Of a DNA stretch of 64,000 nucleotides, positions 1 to 13,470 are shown one piece after another. A program made the translations under genes and the position numbers. Within the stretch, counting starts at the first letter, position 1, and the number at the start of each line of letters is the position of its first letter. The stretch comes from Octopus vulgaris. Lineage: Eukaryota. The stretch spans positions 67,146,001 through 67,210,000 of the forward strand of contig OX597823.1 in the NCBI GenBank assembly GCA_951406725.2, read 5' to 3'. Under the pieces are notes generated by a model that was not told the origin of the DNA, searched no databases, and saw nothing but the letters and a program-made list of their open reading frames with translations.

Positions 1-596
1 GTCAATATTGTTTATATGTTACCACATTTGTTTGCAAGTGGGTAACCCTCTGTTTTCAATTTCTGGGTTCATAGGATTAGGCTCAAGGTGGCTTCGTCAT
101 TCATACGTGCCATCATTGCTACATTCACCCATCTTTTTTTTAAAACATTCGCTAGACAAAACTTGCCTCTCTACTCTCACTTTCCTTTTCAAGTGGTACT
201 TGAAGAAGTCTGTGTGTGTGTGTGTGTATGTGTGTGTGTGTGTGTGTGCGCGTGTGTCATTTATTTGTAATTGTCCCTACATGCAAAGTTTTTTCACTTT
301 GTGCCAGTGACATTACTGAAATGAAAGGATCCCGTTTTTGTGCCATTACGGTTCCGACTAATTTGAATGCTCTTGGCGGGCACTTTTAATTTGAATGATG
401 TAAATGCTAAATTCTTTGATCAAAGTGCGGAATTGAATGATCAAAAAACGAATTTGAATGGCTAACTTCATAGCGCTAATCTTTTTAGCGACTTTGATAG
501 GCCCGATTATCAAATTGAAATACAAGCTTATGAAAATAAGTGCAAAAACCCATATTATACCCATTTAATTGATACTGTAAATAATCTTAAATCACT

Positions 597-1190
597 CAGC
601 TCAAATTCCGCCGAGGTCGACTTTACTTGTCATCCTTTCGGGCTCGATACAATAAATACAAACTGAACACCGGGGTCGATGTGATCGACTTACCGTCTCA
701 CCCATAATTACTGGCTATGTGCCAAAATTTGTAACCAATATTGAACTATTCCACTTGAGTGCTGTAAACTGCTGTAAACACTATATATAAATAAGTCTTT
801 CTAATTTTGGCTCAAGCCAGGGATTTTTGACGAACACTCTTTATATTTACTCCGAAAGGACGAAAAGCAAAGTTGACCTCAGCCGGATTCGAACTCGGAA
901 CGTAAACCGAAAGGAACGCCCCTAAGAATTTTTTTTTCCTGACTGGCTACTAACTATTCTGCCAGTTTACCGCCTATACTATATGTAAATAACCCTTTCT
1001 ACAATAGTCAGAAGGCCTGGAAATTTGAGGTTTGAGGTAGTCGATTATATTATATCGACTCTATTGCTCTACTGGTATTCAATTATTCTACCCAGAGAGA
1101 TTGACAGACAACGTCAACCGCTTAGGAAGTTGGAGTTAAAAAGTAAAGAGGAATGAAAAGTCATTCTGCCAACAAGCTGCTTATGTTGTA
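597..1190. mobile_element. Cluster of three decayed SINE family A fragments (one +, two -)
   Basis: CAAATTCCGCCGAGGTCGACTTT at ~602 (+). AAAGTTGACCTC...GAACTCGGAACG at ~870 (-). A more decayed copy lies at ~1000-1190. Confidence 0.75.
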
Positions 1191-1354
1191 AATAATGGCA
1201 ATTAATATGTAATGCTATGTAGTGAAGAAAAAAATCTATATTGCATACACACACACATATTTACGCATGTGCAAATACAAAGAAAAACATTCATTGACAG
1301 TTACTGATACACACAGAGAAACTTCACATATGCAGTTTTATCCTATAATTTGTG

Positions 1355-1441
<87 letters not shown>

Positions 1442-1769
1442 AATGAATTGCAACATGAAGTTGATGATGTCTTTTTTTTTACGCTAAGAAAATTACGATA
1501 ATGAATAATTAAAACAAAATTTGCTTCAAGACACAAAATAAAACAATATTTTCAGTTTACATTTCGTATTTACATTTTATTAAAAACTTAATATATAGTG
1601 ATTATAAATTCTTTGTAATATGATATTTAAATACTTTCATACATAATTTCTCAAATTCTAGATTTATGCAGGAACATTCAAATACACACATATACGCAAC
1701 TCATATACATACCTACCTACATACATACATACATACATACATACATACATACATACATACATACATACA

Positions 1770-1875
1770 TACCGTAAATGTTCCAGTATAGTGCGCCCTT
1801 GAGTATAATACGCAGGGGTTTTTTAGGGGGCTGTACCTCTGAAAAACCTAAACCATGTGTATAATACGCACCCCT
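1770..1875 (+). mobile_element. Single terminus of a Tc1/pogo-like MITE
   Basis: TA|CCGTAAAT...AGTATAGTGCGC..GAGTATAATACGCA with repeated GTATAATACGCA subterminal motifs. No matching right end was found. Confidence 0.5.
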
Positions 1876-4800
1876 TCTCTAACTTGAGTCGTGCGTAATT
1901 AAACCAGCAGCACCTAGTCGAGCAGACACTTTCTCACTATAGCCCCAGGCCGAGCAAACCTTGTGAATGGGTAGCATATGTGCATACGTGTATGTGCGTA
2001 TCCACGTATGGATCTTTGTGATTGTGTTTGACTTCCCATCACCACTTGAAAACAGATTTTGGTTAATTTACCCCCTGTAACCAAGCGGTTCGGTATAATG
2101 AAACCGATAGAATGAGCTGCATGTACCGTTTGTTCTTGACCCCCACTTCTAGGTGAATGACGCCTTTTTACCAATCAGGCAACAACCCATCAAGCATGGG
2201 TCTGTTTGGATAGTCGTTGCTGGTGAGGAATTCACAAGGTCGGAGTGCAAATTCTACCTCAACCTCTTTTACGATACGCAGAGGAAACGTTGCATCTATT
2301 CTTTAACATACATGACACAGTATAAATATGTTTTCATAACCATTTCCGTATTGCTAGGGTACTTATTAATGCACAAATATACATACGCACGCAAATATGT
2401 GCAAGTATCTGTTTTCGTGTGTGTAAATGTAGGCTCAGCTTGGGTAAAAGTTTAATAAATTCACTTCGCAACAACAGGCTCTCAGATTCAATCTTAGTCG
2501 CGGTAGCTTAATCAAATGTTGTTTTCTATATCCTCAGTCAGCCCATGCTTGTAAAAAATTCGATAATCTTAAACTGTATAGAAACTATAGGGAAGATTGT
2601 ACCAGTTATTCTGGAAGTACGTCCTTGTCACTCTCAAACTCGCATATTATGTCTAAGATTTGTAGAATACTCAGTCACTAATGCATTAGTTTCATGGGCA
2701 GGTGATTCATTTTATCGAATAAAGGAGCTCCCATCTTAAAGCGGCGGAGATCTGCAATATCTGATGACATTTCTTATCTAAAACATCTCAAGAGCGTTTG
2801 GATTCTGAGGTAAGCAATCGGCGTGATGAGCAAAGCCGTCTTTCGGCTGCTCTTGTTCCGCATCTACTTAGGCACTACCTTCCCATTTCTATCTCCCAAT
2901 TCTCCCTACCATATTAATGCTTCCCAATTTTTGCAGCTAACGATTTCGCGCAACTCTTCATCTCGAAAAACATATCTACTATCAAATATATTTCATTTAA
3001 TTCATGTTTTTCTGACATCTATTAAAAGAGACATTAACATCGTTGGCCTTACAGTCCTCTAATCTCTACAACTCGCATGACAATTTATTCTTCCAAGCGC
3101 AACCATTTTGAACAATGCGGCAGTTTTGATAGAACAAATACTGCCGATTCTTCCACTCTGAGTACGATATATCCAAGTCACCGACTGCAGTAGTTTTCAG
3201 CGAGGAGATGAAAATTCTATAGTATTCATTACTATATGTCCAATATATTACGAGTGAGAAATAACAAGTATTTCATCCAACAATTATTCTTTATCAATAA
3301 GAAAAAAATAATGCTGAAAATATTTAGCTTATGTACTAAATAATTTTATTTTTCATTACTTATTTAATTAATTTCACAATTAAAGAACAGGGATACCGAT
3401 ATGAAAGCAAAAATTAAAATGTGTACATTGTATACTTTGTAATTTTTCCTGATTCTACATTTTATCGTTTCTTTAGAAAAAATTCAAACCATGAAATTGA
3501 ATCAAAAATAGTTTGTAACTATTGTTTAGGAAAACAAAACTATTCTTAAAGCAATTAACTCTTCCACCCGATTGAAAATATCAACTGAATTAAATTTGCT
3601 TATGGCAAAAGATTATGTTCCCATTCGCATTATTTTATATTTCGATTCTTTATTTTATTCAATAACCAGTAAACATGTGACAAATATTTGCAAATATTTT
3701 ATTTAATTTTTGTTTTGTTTTTGCAACAGATAACTAATTCCAAGATTGAATACAATGCCACGAAGCAAAGACTAAAGAATAACAATAACACGAATAAACA
3801 CAAACCAGTAAACATAATTAGTGTTATCTTTTTGCTGTTGTTATCATTTCAAAAACTGTACAGTAGCAATCGATGATAGCAACGTAGCAAGCATTGACGC
3901 ACAAACAGAAACAATGAAATGTGGCGGGGGAAGTACTGAATAATATTTTGCAAATGCTATCTACGTCCATTATATTAAAAACGTTGTAGAACAGGTTGCA
4001 GCAGAAGTGGTGAGAGTATGATAAAGTTATCTTCGTATTTTTCAACATCAAATGTTTTTAATGCATACTTTCATTTCTATACTTCTAAAAACAATTATTT
4101 CGTTCCGAAAATGGCATTTCTGTCTCTGTAACAGACAATATGTTAAAATTGATAAAATTGTGGTATAATGTAAATACTGAAACAATGTATACGAAATAAG
4201 TACAATATGGTTAAATAACTATAGTCAAAAAATAGAGAAGAGACTAAGAACACTATATAAATTGTGTAGAGAAATATTAGTAGCATACGGTAAATATAGT
4301 AAACAATGAACTAACATACAACTTCTTGGCATATATTTGTGAGTTTCAATTGATTTTTAGTCGTAGAAACACTACAATAAAATGTTATATCCAGGAAGTA
4401 CACCAAGAGAAAATCAGTTTGGTACAACGTATATGGTACAACATGGCTGACTCACAACTGTTTGCTCAGGCCTGGCCTTCATCAAGAGGTTCGATTTCTG
4501 AACCTACTGAGATATGATTCGTTTGGCAAGCGCCTTCTACTTAAGACTCCGGTTTCGCAAAGCTTGGCGAGTAACAAATTAAGATCATCGAATAACCTTC
4601 ATTTGTTTGTGGTTGGTAGATGTTATTCGTCATACGGCTTCACAGCAATAATTTGCCATTGAATACCTTTGTGGTGTTGCTGACACTATTCAAACTTTTC
4701 GAGCCATATATCGGCCTAACTCTTGCGCTTCTTTAGATTTAACTTCAACTAAATTGTCTTACAATCAGCAGAAATTGGCTCAGGGGCGGGAGAAAAATAA

Positions 4801-5377
4801 GATTGTAACAATACACAATAACATTACGCTATTTTAACCTTTAAATTTTACTTTACTTGAGCAGATAACACTGTGTAATACGATTTCTGTAAAATGACTA
4901 ATATTTTGTTCAAAGTTTGCTGTTACATTTATTTAAACACCAAAGAATCTCTTTCAACACTGTGATCAGAGATGCACATATTGTAAGCCACTCAGGGATA
5001 AGCTTAAGTGGTTAACTTCAAGCAACTGACAAGCAACTCTGTGATCTTGAGCAGAATATTCCTTCTTCGGCAACTCTGTGGTGGATCTATCTAAAATGAC
5101 ATGGAAAATAAGGCCAGTTGATGTCTATGTCATAAAAGCGAAATTTGATGGAAAATTTGATGTGGATAGTAGTCATTTCTTCTGATTTCTCGATAGAAAC
5201 AAATAGGAAATAACACTCACTGACCAAAGACAAAAACAATTAAAATTTAGTTAAGGTGTAATTAGGGCTAGTGGGGTTTTTTTTAATTATTGGATAAATC
5301 AGCAGGATAGTTTACCACTGGCATAGAGTATTTATATATTATCCATCCCGGATTTATGCTCTTTAAATTCTCTTTTT

Positions 5378-5488
<111 letters not shown>

Positions 5489-5591
5489 AACACATACACA
5501 CACACATGCACTCACACATATACATATTATGTATAGGTGTATGTCTGTGTGTGTGCGTGCGTGTGTGTTTATATATATATATATATATATA

Positions 5592-5790
5592 TTCTTTTAC
5601 TCTTTTACTTGTTTCAGTCATTTGACTGCGGCCATGCTGTTGCACCACCTTTAGCCGAACAAATCATCATCAGGACTTATTGTTTGTAAGCCTAGTAATT
5701 TTTTTATGGGTCTCTTTTATTGAAATACACCAACACTGGTTGTCAAGCGCTGGTGGGGGACAAACACAGACACACAAAAATATACATACA
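5592..5790 (-). mobile_element. SINE family B 3' half
   Basis: CTTTTACTTGTTTCAGTCATTTGACTGCGGCCATGCTG is the reverse complement of the family B tail. Confidence 0.82.
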
Positions 5791-5837
5791 TATACACACA
5801 CACATACATACATATATATATATATAATCAAAATAAG

Positions 5838-6109
5838 CAACAAGGATATCCAGAGATAGTGCAGTACGATCATTTCAAGCAAGTCCAACGCAAACCATAA
5901 CATCTATTTAAATGCAGAGCAATCCTCAGCTGCATAAAGACATAGAATTTAATTAAATTAAAACAGATGGACGCATTAGTATAATATAATTTAACCTAAA
6001 ATCTCCAAGAAGGTAAGGAGCTACACAGTAAACATACTGTCTTCACTTCAGCTTAGAAGTGGAGTTGCTTGAAAAGATCGTACTGCATTACCTCTAGATA
6101 TCCTTGTTG
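5838..6109. repeat. 45-bp inverted repeat (41/45) around a ~180-bp spacer
   Basis: CAACAAGGATATCCAGAGATAGTGCAGTACGATCATTTCAAGCAA versus the reverse complement of 6065-6109. Confidence 0.88.
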
Positions 6110-6222
6110 GTTACTTTGATTTTAATCACCTTATTTTGAAATTGTATGCTTAATACCGTACTGAATTCCGGTGCCTCAACTTCAGTGCCTTATTCATCTG
6201 AATCTATCTATATATCTATCTA

Positions 6223-6278
<56 letters not shown>

Positions 6279-6397
6279 AATGTAAAATAATTCAGAACAA
6301 ACAGAAAGAGGCAGGGTGAAAAATTGAATATTAATTTGATTAATATCAATTTAAAACCAGTGGTCTAGCATATAGAAAAAATATTCAGAAAAATTAT

Positions 6398-6572
6398 ATT
6401 ACATACATACAAGAGAGATGACCATTAAGTGGACATCCATTATACTAGAAATCGACCCCTATGATCTTACGATTTTAGAACATTCCTTTCTTAGTGGTAA
6501 GACCATAGGGGGTCGACTTCTAGCATAATGGATCTCCACTTAGTGGTTATCCCTGTTATATGTATGCAATGT
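6398..6572. repeat. ~70-bp-arm imperfect hairpin
   Basis: GACCATTAAGTGGACATCCATTATACTAGAAATCGACCCCTATGATCTTAC pairs with GTAAGACCATAGGGGGTCGACTTCTAGCATAATGGATCTCCACTTAGTGGTT. Confidence 0.88.
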
Positions 6573-6989
6573 ATATATATATATATATATATATATACCA
6601 CCAAACCTCCGAATCTTAAAAACAATGAGTTAGTGTTATCCTAGCCTAATACGATTATGAGGTCAATCAAGTAATAAAAAATATTTGCAATCACCTTAGG
6701 CTATGAACCCACAAACAGTTTCGATCATACGACGATGAAGGCCTACTTACAACATGATATAATATATATATATATATATATATAATATAAAATATTGGTT
6801 GTAAATTCTGGTACAAGGCCATCGATTTGGAGGAAGCTAGTAAGTCGATTACGTCAACCACAGTGCTTAACTGGTGCTTATTTTATCGACCCGAAATGAT
6901 AAAAAGTAAAGTCGACCTCGGTACAATTCATATATGTGTAATCATACACTCGTATATGTATTCACATGCTCGTGCATGCAAATAGACAC

Positions 6990-7227
6990 GTATGTATGCA
7001 TGTATGTATGTATGTATGTATGTATGTATGTATGTATGTATGTATGTATGTATGTATGTATGTATGTATGTATGTATCATGAATGTATGTATGTATGTAT
7101 GTATGTATGTATGTATGTATGTATGTATGTATGTATGTATGTATGTATGTATGTATGTATGTATGTATGTATGTATGTATGTATGTATGTATGTATGTAT
7201 GTATGTATGTATGCATGTATGTATGTA
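6990..7227. repeat. (TATG)n microsatellite
   Basis: Directly visible; source of the IHTY/MYVC ORFs. Confidence 0.97.
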
Positions 7228-8389
7228 TTTCTCACTGATGTATATCGGCGATGAATATATGCAACCATGAGTGAGCCTACTACCTCCCGAATGAAGCTTC
7301 TGAGCCACTCCAAGTTATAGACTCTCACTCATCACTTCTACCGTCAGAAATTTATTGAACCGTGAATTACCCCGTTAGAAATGAGTAACCAACCATACTA
7401 ATTTTCACAAATAGCGACATAAATAAATAAATGTTAATCATATAGCTTATTGTATACTGATATGTATTCCGCTGAATGATTATACTAGATAATTATAGCA
7501 TAATTACATTGTATAGTTCTAATAATTAGATATTCTTTACAATCACTCTAGCAATCAGTTGATGACAATTACAACCTTTATTTCACGAAAGTTTTGTTAA
7601 TTATATATCATTCTTGTGCTGGCTTATGACAAAATGCTGTAATTATTTTATGAGTAGAATTATCTCAGAAATCGCTGTCATAGACAGTGGTTTGAACTCT
7701 TAGTTGATGAGGTCGTTCAATTGGTTGTCTAACACTAAGTATATTAACACAGGTATGAGATACGCGAGAATCTACTAATAATATAACGATTTGGTAATAT
7801 GTAATGCCGTGGTGTCGAATATTATTTTATTTCTCTTTTCTTCTTCTCACACAAAAGTAAATAGCATGTAACATTAGATATTTCATTCCTCATAGCATTC
7901 GAAGTCATCAAATTTTTAGAAATTTTTCTATGGATAAATTGTTACTGACGCAGATTATCAGTGGCTACATTTCTCCAGATTCCAGGTTTTACTGTATTTA
8001 ACTCCTGTCGTACATATATCTATTGTATCATATAGGTGTCAAAGTAGCAAGCTTAAGTTATGTGAATAGTTAACACACAGGACAAAATGCATAACAACAT
8101 CTCTTCAAGCTTTACTTTCTGAGTTCAAATTTCACCCAGGTCGGTTTTAATTATCATCATTTCGGAGCCGATTAAATATACATCTGCCTACTGTGGAAAG
8201 AATTATTTTTGGGTGTGTATCTCCTTAAAAATATATATATATATATACATGTTCACAATTTTCTTAAACGAGGATTCAACACAGTAATTAGTAATCTAAA
8301 ATTAAATACTAAGATCCCTTTCACTCAATCTTCTTCCGTCAGCCAGTAGATTGATGGTCTATTTTGCTAGTTCACTACTCTTGTAATAA

Positions 8390-8835
8390 ATATTGGTTTC
8401 AAATATTGGCACAAGACCAGCAGTTACAGTGGAAGGTGTAAGTCGATTACATTGACCCCATGGCTTAACTGGCAGTTCTTTTATCGACCCTGAAAGGATG
8501 AAAGGCAAAGTCGACCCCTGCGGCATTTGAACTCCGAACGTAAAGATGGGTGAAATAACGCTGAACATTTTGTTCGGCGCGTTAAACGATTCTGCCACCT
8601 CGCCGCCTTACTCTCGTTATCAATATTGGCTTGAAATGTTGGCACAAAGCCAGCAATTTCTGAGGGTGATTAGTCGATTAAATCGACGCCAGTAATCAAC
8701 TGGTACTTATTTTATCGATCACGAAAGGATGAAACGTCGACCTCAATGAAATTTAAAGTCACAACGGGAAGACGGAGGAGATGTCGCTAAGCATTTCGCC
8801 CCGCAAGCTAACAATTCTGCTAGTGCGCCACCTTT
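8390..8835 (-). mobile_element. Two tandem SINE family A copies
   Basis: GGCACAAG..CAGCA...AGTCGATT...TTTTATCGA...GAAAGGATGAAA...GTCGACC...TTCTGC occurs twice. Confidence 0.85.
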
Positions 8836-9561
8836 AGCCCTTGTTATATATATTGATATCTTTTTAGATACAAACAAAGCTTCATGTGGATTGCTTCATA
8901 TTGACTAAATATACTTTAATATAAAACTGGTATTTATTATACTGACGAAGGTCAATTATAATTGACACTATATTTGGAGTTCCCTGCATGTAACTATTCT
9001 GATATAGCCTGTTTCTATTCTGCCACCCTATAATTGGTTTCATATGGAATACATATGCCACATTACTGAGCTATAACATGTTTCTTATTAGAAACCTAAC
9101 TTCACGGTTTATTGTTGCTATTTTTTTCACTCCTCTTATGCTCACTGTAAGAGATTCCATTCTTTGCAATTTGGCATGCTTAATCCACTTCTCCGCGCAG
9201 AAGCAAAGTCATTCGTTCTCATATATGTGCGCCTCTTTCTCTAAATCTATCCCACTCCCTCTACCTTTTTATCTATATGTGTGTTGAGTATATGTAAAAT
9301 GTATGCAAATGTGTATACGTGTCAAACTCCGTTTGTTCTTTCTGCAATATGTTCTGCTTCATTTTTCCTGAAGCCGCACAACAAATATTACATATATCCC
9401 ATCTATCTCAGGAATGGAAACTTTTCGATTTTATCTGTATTTCCGTGTGCAAATCCATTGCACTTGTATGACACTTTTCAAATTAAAGTTTACTATCATG
9501 ACTCCAAATCTTTCTCCTCTCTCTCTCTCTCTCTCTCTCCATATATATATTCATATATATA

Positions 9562-9614
<53 letters not shown>

Positions 9615-12600
9615 GTCACATTACTGAGCTATAAGCTGTTTCTTGTTAGAAACCTAACTTCATATATATATATATATATATATATACGTATGTATGTGTA
9701 TATATATGTCTGCGTATATATACATACATACACACACATATATATGTATATGTATATATTTTTATGTGTAAGTATATATATAGATATATATATGTGAATA
9801 TATATATATATATATATACCTATATATATACGTTATCATCATCATCATTATTATTATTACTATTATACATACATACATACATACATACATACATACATAC
9901 ATACATACATACATACATACATACATACATACATACATACATACATACATACATACGATTCATAAGGCTTCTCTTGGATTTCAAATCAGCCGTTTTATTA
10001 TTTTTCATATTTTGTTATTTGGAAAGAAATGGTATTGAGAAGCAGCTGTTAGAAATTCTTTCCTAATGAAAACTTTGATAAAATCTTCAACATATTTTTG
10101 GATTTATTTTGCCAAGTATATTATTAAAATTGTTAGAATGTACAAAACTGCCCTGAAATCTCTTTAGAGCCTATTATAGAGATACATTAACAAAGTACAA
10201 TATTATCTAAATCTAAGTGAGACACTCGGTCGCAGGAGGAATATATGAATACTTATTAAAATGAATATTGAATAATAAATAAAGATGCCAGTTGACTGTA
10301 TTCTTTCACAGTTGTCCTTCAGGCGTTCGTTGTCATAAGACATAACGATTATGTCGATTTCACTCAAATTAAAACCGCACATCGTGTAACTCCCTTCTAT
10401 AAGAAGAGTCCGCTTTGTTGCACTGAAATTGGGGTGGTTGTCATGCGTTGCTATTTGAAATCAGTTATTTAAGAAAAATATATTATCAATGTGTTAAGTA
10501 GTACAGAATTTGAGAAATGCAGTATCCCAGTTCGTCCACACGGTTTCAAATGGACTCCTAACTTAATTTGTTCACTATGACAAGTGATTTTTCAGCAGAG
10601 AAAGGGATTGGATTCATACTCTATCTCTTTGAAGATGAAAGCGTAAAGATTTATGATCCTAGTTAATACTTCAAAACAATTATTTATGTTATACATACAG
10701 TTTACTACACTTACGAACATAATTCTTGTTGATGTCACCGTCAGTAGTGTTAGTAGTAGTGGTGGTAGTTATATAATAGTCGACCGTCACTGAACAGATA
10801 CTAAGTATCGTTCCTGTTCTATATAGCTGTATTAACGAAGAATTGACTACTATTTTTAGAAAACTGAATGTCTATTTAGAGACTCCTTTTCCTAGAGCGA
10901 ATAATTGTTTATAATCATGGCTACTTCTACAGCGTTGTATCTCGAGCTCAAATTTTGTGTAAAGAGATTATCTATGACACGTTTTGTATCGTAAAGACAA
11001 TGTAATCGATAGTATCCTTGAGATCCAATTGCTCTAGGGACTTAACAACTACAATCAATTCACTGAATATCGATTGCATTTCTTTAAAATGCTCGTATAT
11101 GAAAAATAAACATGAAAAAATGCTATGCTGTCAAAGGAAAAGCGATACATTGTTTATGCATTGCGCTGTACAGCATACGAAATGTGTTCTTGAAAATGAA
11201 TTTAAAATAACTTAGACGTGTGGAAGTCTACGAATGTCATTAGTTTTAGAAAACATATTGAGTTTGTTGTAATAATTTTATTTTTGAGCAAATAAAAATA
11301 TTATGTCTTTCACTAATTCTTTCCTCCAGGGACATTCTAATATAAAAATTTCCACTTTGTTATGTATTCCTCACAGGTTTACCCTAGAGATTAAGAATAT
11401 TCTAATTTTCTTCAACCAATTAATTTCAAGAGACTTCTGGATGAATCCTAATTCACGTGATTTTAAAATGCACAGAGAAACGTACTTTAAAATAATGCAG
11501 GTATAAGAAAGAAAGAAAGAATGTAATATATAGGGAGAATAGATCTCGCCTAAACCATAAATTTATTAATACAAATAAATACTGCAGTGGAAGGAAGCAA
11601 GCGCAAAACAACAAACATTTTATGTCTTACAAATAATTTTAAAATTAGAATGTTTTATTTTATTTGAAAGGCAGTTTGAATAACTTATGCAGACCATTCT
11701 GAAATAACAAAATTGCATGTAACCTTCCAGAAATAATATTTGCAAAGAGATTACTCCCTTGATTCTCATGAATAAAAATTAGTTGAAAACGCTTGTTCTG
11801 ACGTTTAAAATAACTCCGTGTTCATCTTTGAAGATATTCCTTAGAGGCGATCTGTACAACAAAACTAATATAAAATATTGCATCCAAGAAGTGTTCGTCA
11901 GAACATTTCATTGAAATTCTAGGAGTGTAAAACATTGAGACGTTTCAATTCTTAGAATATCGAGTGGGATTTCACAACCATCTATCATTAAAATAACTTG
12001 GCTCAGGATGTGCCTGTTGTTTGTAACTGGATGATCAACGTTGTTTTTCCTATTTCCTGTCTTTACATATTTATTTATGATGTATGAGTCTAATATATTC
12101 CCAAGAATGTAGTATAGTTAGTATTTTGGCAGATGAAGAAGAAACTAAGTTAGGATCTTCAATCATTGAAATAGAGAAGATATTAATTTCCTATTTAGAG
12201 AGATAAAGGAGACAGGCGACTTGCTGTTTAGAAACTTTTTTTTAAGGAGAAAAATAAAGCAAATTAATAATCCAAAATTATATATTCAATGGAAAATATT
12301 CTGAGAATATTGCACTCCACTTTAAGGTTTCGAAAAAGATGAACGTCATTGATACAATATGGAAAATATTCCATCAGCATTGCCAAATAATTCAGTTTCT
12401 ACTGAAATGAAATTCACAGCACATAAGCACATTACGATTCAGCTGTTTAACTACAACCAATCCTACTTTATTGTTTGCTCCTAAAACATATCAAAACAAA
12501 ATAGGTCCCATAACCTTCAAATCATACTTCGGAAATTTTTTTACGAAAATTAGACGTCTTTCGGTGTTTGGTCTTACCATATCATGTACCGGGTTGAAAT

Positions 12601-12979
12601 TTCACAACTGATAAGTTCACATGGTATTCTCAACCACTTGCAAGTTGTTAATATACGAGCCAACTCTGGTTTAACCTGAATACATTTCTGATCCACCAAA
12701 CGTAATATCAAACATCATGTCCGATCTGTTATCCATCATTTAAAACTATATTTTCTTTTGAATTTTGTATGACAGTAGGGTTGCCATATGAGAACGATTT
12801 CGTTGGGTTGGTCTAGTTGACCAAGTAACCAAATGCAAGCACCCATATTAATCTTTGTAAATGCATCTTAAGCTTCCTTATTCTACATATTCTGCATCCA
12901 ACATATTCAACATCGGAATATGTTTCGATCACCTACAGCATACTATTTTTCAGATATTAAATCGCAAACATTAAATTAG

Positions 12980-13225
12980 GGGAGGCGCATAGCTTAGTGG
13001 TTATTGTGTTGGACCCATGATCGTAACATTGTGGTTTCCATTACTGGACAGGTGACGCGTTGTGTTCTTGAGCAAAACACTTTATTTCACGTTTCTCCAA
13101 TCCACTCAGCTGGTAAAATTGAGTAATCCTGCGACGGACCGGCGTCCCGTCCAAATGGGGAGTATATACATCGGAAAACTGGCCCTTATGAGTAGATATA
13201 ATTCGAGAAGGTAATTTTACTTTTT
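12980..13225 (+). mobile_element. tRNA-derived SINE family C
   Basis: GGAGGCGCATAGCTTAGTGGTTA head, TTGTGTTCTTGAGCAAAACACTT and CTGCGACGGACCGGCGTCCCGTCCA central motifs. Colinear with the copy at 58840-59087. Confidence 0.85.
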
Positions 13226-13304
13226 ACCTCAATATTGAATTAAAAAAAAAATATATATATATATATACGCTTGTGTGTGTGTGTGTGTATATATATGTAT
13301 GTAT

Positions 13305-13470
13305 GTATATACGACGAGTTCTTTCAGTCTCCGTCTACCAAATCTGCCAATGCTTTGGTCGTCCCGAGGGTATAGTAAAAGACACTTGCACAAGTTGTTA
13401 TGCAGTGAGACTGAACCCGGAATCTTATGGTTGGGAAGCAAGCTTCTTACCAAACAGCCACGCTTGCACC
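13305..13470 (-). mobile_element. SINE family B 5' half
   Basis: TTCTTTCAGTCTCCGTCTACCAAATC...GAACCCGGAA...CAGCCAC. Similar copies lie at 30185-30345 (-) and 1915-2120 (+). Confidence 0.8.

Noticed and set aside
2823-2856. GTGATGAGC...GCTC hairpin as a hammerhead
   Set aside because: No GAAA box follows the stem, and the core lacks C3.
11965-12060. Minus-strand GKTTL and VILMIDG resembling Walker A/B of an NTPase
   Set aside because: The motifs are only ~15 codons apart, in different frames and separated by a stop; likely chance.
12980-13055. tRNA gene (also at ~24075-24145, ~32317 and ~59015-59087)
   Set aside because: These are SINE heads with A/B boxes but no intact cloverleaf, and they continue into SINE bodies.
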